DNA of 30,113 nt from Acutalibacteraceae bacterium. Lineage in GTDB: Bacteria; Bacillota; Clostridia; Oscillospirales; Acutalibacteraceae. The notes under the pieces were generated by a model. It saw only the letters and a list, made by a program, of their open reading frames with translations, was not told the origin of the DNA and searched no databases. Position numbers and translations under genes: made by a program. Shown here piece after piece: positions 27,701 through 30,113 of the stretch; within the stretch, counting starts at the first letter, position 1, and the number at the start of each line of letters is the position of its first letter. Location of the stretch: positions 1 through 30,113 of the forward strand of contig JAZSKL010000002.1 in the NCBI GenBank assembly GCA_045534855.1, written 5' to 3'.

Positions 27701-30113
27701 TCATTCCTTTGCCAGTTGGCAGAGCGTATAAGCGATCTTAGTGTTGTTTCTGCCAAACTTAAATTCGACCCGAATTTTGATGTTGATTACTCTGAGCTTA
27801 AGCTCATAAATGAGTATTTCAATCTTGAAGAGGCTATTTTCGATGCCGAAACCAACACCCTTACAGTAAACCTCAGATGGATTAAACAAACAAAGGCTAT
27901 TGACCTTGATGTTGCTAACCCGATATGCATAGTTAACGGTATTAAGCTTACTCCGAAATCTGATGCTGACTGGGGTGCAAAAAACAGCTTAACCGTTGAA
28001 AATACAGGTAACATAGGCTACCAAATTTATATGCGTGCAAGCGCTCTTTACAGCTTTGCACAAAAGCCTGAAAATCAAGAAACATACGGCATTTATCCTT
28101 ATTCTAACCCCAATCTTTCTTCTGATTCAGGCGGTTACTTCGAGTACACCTACAAGGAATTCTATGATACATATACCCTCGTAAACAAAACAAAGAACGG
28201 CTGGGCTAACGAAGACGGCGCATTTGTTTATTATGTCGAAGGCGAAAAGCTTACCGGCGTTAAAATGGTAGATGGCTACTATTATGACTTCGGTACTAAC
28301 GGTAAAAACGCAGGTCAAACCAAGTATACAGGCGTATTCTTTGATGAAACCGCTAACGCTTACCGTTATTCAAAGCTTGGCGAAATTGCTACAGGTTGGC
28401 AAACCATAAACGGCGAGTGGTATCATTTCAATGCAACCACAACAAACGCTACTACCGGCAAAGTTAAGATGTATGGTGTTTACTACACCTTCGAAGAAAC
28501 CGGTAAACTTACCACAGGTGTTTGGGGTAAGACCTTCCAGGGTACACGCTATTACTACGGCCCCAGCTACTACGCTAAGGGTTGGTACAATATTGATGGT
28601 GTTGACTACTTCTTCAAAAACGGCTACCGTTGCGAGGGAATAGACTACCATAAGGCTTCCGCAGCTCCTACTTACTGGTATGACTTTGGTCCTGACGGTT
28701 CAACCGCTACCCGTCTTAACGGTATTTACTTCATCGAAGGCGAATATCGCTACTTTGAGGACGGTCTTGCAACCGAAAAGCACCTCTTTAAATTTGGCAA
28801 CGATTACTACTACTCCGTTTATAACGGCGTAATCGTAACCAACAAAACCTTAAATACAGCTTCTACAAATTGCGATATGCCTAAGGGCACATACACATTC
28901 GGCCCTGACGGTAAGATGTTAGGTTCCAACCCCAACGGTGAAATCGTTGAGTTTGATGGCGAGCTTTACTACTACGAAAGCGGTAAGGGCGTTGAAAAGT
29001 ACCTTGTAAAGGTTGACGGCGAATACTACTTTGCTCAATATAAGGGTAAGCTTGTAACTAACCAGACCATTAACGCATTTGCTACCAACTGTGATATGCC
29101 TAAGGGTACTTACACATTCGGTCCTGACGGCAAAATGTTAGGCTCAAGTGCTGAAGGAGAAATTGTTGAGTTTGAGGGCGAGCTTTACTATTACGAAAGC
29201 GGTAAGGGCGTTGAAAAGGGTCTTGTTAAGGTTAATGGTGACTATTACTTTGCTCTTTACAAAGGTAAAATACTCACCAACAAGATTTATAAGACCTATA
29301 TGACCAACTGTGATCTTCCGAACGGTCGTTATGAGTTCGGCGCAGACGGCAAGATGCTCCAGGGTATCGTTAATAAAGACGGTGTTCTCTACTACTACGA
29401 AAACGGTAATGGTGTTGAAAAGGGTCTTATCAAATACGGCGATGACTACTACTTCACTCTCTATCAGGGTAAGATTCTCACCAACAAGATTTACAGCACT
29501 TATATGACCAACTGCGATCTTCCAAACGGTCGTTATGAGTTCGGCGCAGACGGTAAGATGCTCCAAGGTATCGTTAACAAGGATGGCGTTCTTTACTACT
29601 ACGAAAACGGTAAGGGCGTTGAAAAAGGTCTTATCAAATACGGTGATGACTACTACTTCACACTTTATCAAGGTAAGATTCTTACCAATAAGATTTACAA
29701 AACCTATTTAACCAACTGCGATCTCCCGAACGGCCGTTATGAGTTTGGCGCAGACGGTAAAATGCTCAACGGCATTGTTGAAAAAGAAGACGGTTTATAC
29801 TTCTACCACAATGGTGTGGGCGCTGAGCGCGGTTTGTTTGAATATGAGGGTAACTACTACTTTGCTTCTTACCAAGGCAAGTTGGTTGTAGGTAAATCTT
29901 ACAAGGCTTATGCTACAAGCTGCGATTTACCTGTTGGTACTTATGAATTCGGTGCAGACGGTAAGATGCTCAACGGATTTGTTGAAAAAGAAGATGGCAT
30001 CTACTTGTATTACAATGGTCAGGCATCCGCGCGCGGCTTCTTTGAGTTTGAGGGTGACTACTACTTCTCATCTTACAAGGGCAAGATAGTAACCAACAAG
30101 GTTTACAAAGCTT
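21722..30113 (+). CDS. Giant secreted multidomain surface protein with a phosphodiester glycosidase domain (at least 2797 aa, 3' end beyond the window)
   Basis: ATG 21722 behind GGAGGA, signal peptide MIKKFSKRLLPVLLAIMLLLSTMPLGMISSA. Translated by hand in one frame to the window end (...YFSSYKGKIVTNKVYKA) with no stop seen. Absent from the ORF track, consistent with no stop codon. Confidence 0.93.
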   Translation, partial: MIKKFSKRLLPVLLAIMLLLSTMPLGMISSAATTLTLLDGAVTVTDSNGTGKLSNGVVTITATGSIISKKTNSITITNETSSKSNLSFDYTTTYANSFKIAGVSENASGSYSVILESGASLSIEIVSNSGLSNRTATLNLSNLSLAAAADSSNVTFEYNSTYGSITVDGAATSNGDVLNILLSGATLAATPVSGAQFLGWVNAKDNSVISSELSYHYQPSQDITIKAIFIGADSEPYFMIGAISTSTFSYGFLSTQKATIYSVPSAAYIFDNLNDAANASAASANHKAIVLLNSSTLPAGDYTIPAGVTLLIPFNNTNSLYKTNPEFELGSNYKAPTVYRTLTLADGANLIINGEMSLSAKQATAQGSRKNGGSPTGDISIVKMEGDSSITINNGATLYTYGFITGSGSVIAKNGGSVYENFQIMDFRGGTQATQMKNGVFPISQYYIQNIEVPLTLEYGSKEYSTAAITMSGYDISTAVNFIGPSNCMFDLTAGSVTKYYDGSSDRLYIELNGDMSISTIKMDLGLSSLDSEEFELPINGNISVNVKTGSNISVSQDVAMLPGAEINIDEGATCKLNKGYNIYLYDADSWGNYCAPANVKLIPVEYAPGKTYTRTEAELVDAKIVIDGYIDASEGYVYSTNGGANIYSNGTGVAKVQAGTQKVTYQVTQMKEVSDSVYTPITIEPVWLKNADGTFLYSGTDTYTYENGKWVCTNHTTVTDAAVEPTCTNTGLTEGSHCSACGMVEVEQIEIGATGHEYSSSITTEPTCDNSGVLTYTCNTCGDSYEEVIAPTGHKEYTSEITTQPGCETEGVTTFTCTDCGHTYTEPIAPLGHSYTSSITTQPGCETEGVTTWTCGTCGHSYTEAIPANGHDYSIINVIAPTCTTNGHTTHTCAVCGDSYKDTVTSATGHSYGDWVIITAPTCEGTGSEQKVCATCGDVQTQVIDANGHSYSDEFTVDVEATDVTAGSKSKHCANCDSTTDVTVIPAKTNFTADISDTATINGYTGDINGTITIPTTLNGVAVAAITDDAFSGKDIQFVLYDGTIAQWKNISVNTAVAFPNAKIVYLGETVGDADVNGTVDAYDAVALRNIILGNTTVTEVTAYTADTTGDGKVNVKDLVRLKKHLADENIYMGINYSAPIVQSFSLNRYNSSANQVATLYSVATVANAEPEINDYESFLFNLALLEEVAYVYTTEVKPGADPLDLVIKYVRTGVDRYNSGSWEIMAGKEDTQFAEFLIMLQDGINAEATCEEEKIHIDALKNINNFYLPNGDWADLGHMFGTMDITYHNKGSQNHADVGGWAGDLVDLLELSDIKGVSGDLETMVTDIRKNYLGKNLSDPGLPSFSNTDIYGDIDAFYVMKNLYAQKYEFGVLTGIIMEYFTEDLDNEFRAEYLLENRLGTTGTRAQIRDAVYTEYTTNKVISTLEGTREFTSSDLPTLRRACCYAFADYLCELAGDYVDSISNPYLSVFSNNITSIAPGVTQEIKYATSADNKQMVYYVATADITRSDVDVFANYNENDPSKGWELSRVLDQANAAQEKYGNPESPYYIENYNVVASTNGAGFNMATGEPGGLLVMGGVEYQSINSNGFFGILKDGTPVIGTTEEYKTIYKGKVRDGIAAFGDTLVKDGKIVTTNNSGRASRTAVGITKTGKVVLMVLDGRQEPVSCGGSMLEIAQIMLDAGCVHAVNLDGGGSTTYVAKPVGSDELAVVNKPSDGYARSVSTSLMIVSTAPSSTKFDHAVLNTEYDYLTIGTSIKVTPVGVSATGNVTDLPEGTSWAVSDTRWATISEDGILTAKRNGTITINLMLGEEIIGTRTIDIVTPQNLYFTKTNLNAVYGANITLPVVALYNNQPVAINANDIVFTPNNNAGTVNNFVFVGNEVSGIKVVNITASLAANPDMTATVNINLYKQGETTFDFDQATGGDRELAWDRQVSNSTTLDGITYTAVDTDSKMVTSYIVAIDMTTISIPPVLNDLLYMLPGADVEGASAWSFLCQLAERISDLSVVSAKLKFDPNFDVDYSELKLINEYFNLEEAIFDAETNTLTVNLRWIKQTKAIDLDVANPICIVNGIKLTPKSDADWGAKNSLTVENTGNIGYQIYMRASALYSFAQKPENQETYGIYPYSNPNLSSDSGGYFEYTYKEFYDTYTLVNKTKNGWANEDGAFVYYVEGEKLTGVKMVDGYYYDFGTNGKNAGQTKYTGVFFDETANAYRYSKLGEIATGWQTINGEWYHFNATTTNATTGKVKMYGVYYTFEETGKLTTGVWGKTFQGTRYYYGPSYYAKGWYNIDGVDYFFKNGYRCEGIDYHKASAAPTYWYDFGPDGSTATRLNGIYFIEGEYRYFEDGLATEKHLFKFGNDYYYSVYNGVIVTNKTLNTASTNCDMPKGTYTFGPDGKMLGSNPNGEIVEFDGELYYYESGKGVEKYLVKVDGEYYFAQYKGKLVTNQTINAFATNCDMPKGTYTFGPDGKMLGSSAEGEIVEFEGELYYYESGKGVEKGLVKVNGDYYFALYKGKILTNKIYKTYMTNCDLPNGRYEFGADGKMLQGIVNKDGVLYYYENGNGVEKGLIKYGDDYYFTLYQGKILTNKIYSTYMTNCDLPNGRYEFGADGKMLQGIVNKDGVLYYYENGKGVEKGLIKYGDDYYFTLYQGKILTNKIYKTYLTNCDLPNGRYEFGADGKMLNGIVEKEDGLYFYHNGVGAERGLFEYEGNYYFASYQGKLVVGKSYKAYATSCDLPVGTYEFGADGKMLNGFVEKEDGIYLYYNGQASARGFFEFEGDYYFSSYKGKIVTNKVYKA
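23858..24685 (+). repeat. Seven tandem Cys/His repeats of about 38-39 aa in the giant protein
   Basis: Consensus H-x-Y-x(6-8)-P-T/G-C-x3-G-x5-C-x2-C-G-x(10-13)-GH, e.g. GHSYTSSITTQPGCETEGVTTWTCGTCGHSYTEAIPANGH. The first unit is longer and the last lacks the first Cys. Confidence 0.9.
24938..25105 (+). other. Type I dockerin domain inside the giant protein (about aa 1073-1128)
   Basis: Two Ca-binding loop-helix repeats: GDADVNGTVDAYDAVALRNIILG and ADTTGDGKVNVKDLVRLKKHLA. Confidence 0.85.
26156..26917 (+). other. Phosphodiester glycosidase (NAGPA/DUF2233, PF09992-like) domain in the giant protein
   Basis: IAPGV, STNGAGF, SRTAVG, LMVLDGRQ, AVNLDGGGST (NLDGGGST at 26792-26815) and NKPSDG..RSV, in the family's order. 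Confidence 0.9.
26945..27190 (+). other. Ig-like (Big_2-type) domain following the NAGPA domain
   Basis: SWAVSDTRWATISEDGILTAKRNGTITI resembles the W-x-S-S-D...A-x-V...G-x-V-T-A Big_2 pattern. Confidence 0.6.
28196..30113 (+). repeat. C-terminal aromatic/Gly beta-hairpin repeats (cell-wall/choline-binding-like), including 73- and 68-aa super-repeats with T(N/S)CD(L/M)P
   Basis: GWxxxxGxWYxF-type units from 28196. Repeat Cys codons at 28871, 29090, 29309, 29513, 29717 and 29921 give periods of 219, 219, 204, 204 and 204 nt; the array runs off the window. Confidence 0.9.

Noticed and set aside
21700-29671. All ORF-track entries in this range, including the repetitive 175-aa minus-strand ORF 29144-29671
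   Set aside because: They are shadows of the giant plus-strand frame; the 175-aa ORF is repetitive only because it mirrors the 204-nt repeats.
28850-30113. Tandem DNA repeats as a CRISPR array or a diversity-generating retroelement target
   Set aside because: Periods are multiples of 3 with no unique spacers, differences are mainly synonymous third-position changes rather than adenine-specific, and no cas or reverse transcriptase gene is present.
1-30113. tRNA/rRNA genes, transposases, integrases
   Set aside because: None recognisable; intergenic gaps are short and explained by promoters and terminators.

Overview
AT-rich Firmicute DNA, probably Clostridia (Oscillospiraceae/Ruminococcus-like; taxonomy is inferred from gene content). 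Left: a minus-strand pair of an ABC-F ATPase and a TIGR03960-type radical SAM gene (truncated at the window edge and absent from the ORF track), back-to-back with an RpiR-family regulator and an MFS transporter. Middle (5842-21593): a Wzy-type surface-polysaccharide operon. It has cpsC/cpsD/cpsB-like genes, a small sortase-substrate (SPQTG) protein, a lipoprotein LCP transferase, a priming transferase, three GT4 and one GT2 glycosyltransferases, an acyltransferase-3, a radical SAM/SPASM enzyme, a pyruvyl-transferase-family protein, an FrhB-like protein with a separate downstream ferredoxin, a Wzy/ligase-like protein and LicD, but no recognisable Wzx flippase. Right (21722 to beyond 30113): one uninterrupted reading frame of at least 2797 codons, also absent from the ORF track because it has no stop in the window. 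It encodes a giant secreted mosaic protein: signal peptide, beta-rich region, Cys/His repeats, collapsed BspA-like caps, an internal dockerin, an unassigned D/H/W-motif domain, a phosphodiester glycosidase (NAGPA) domain, Ig-like domains and Cys-containing aromatic wall-binding-like repeats. The most interesting hypothesis is a coupled system: a phosphodiester-containing surface glycan, a possible LCP protein acceptor, and a giant surface enzyme that binds or remodels that glycan.
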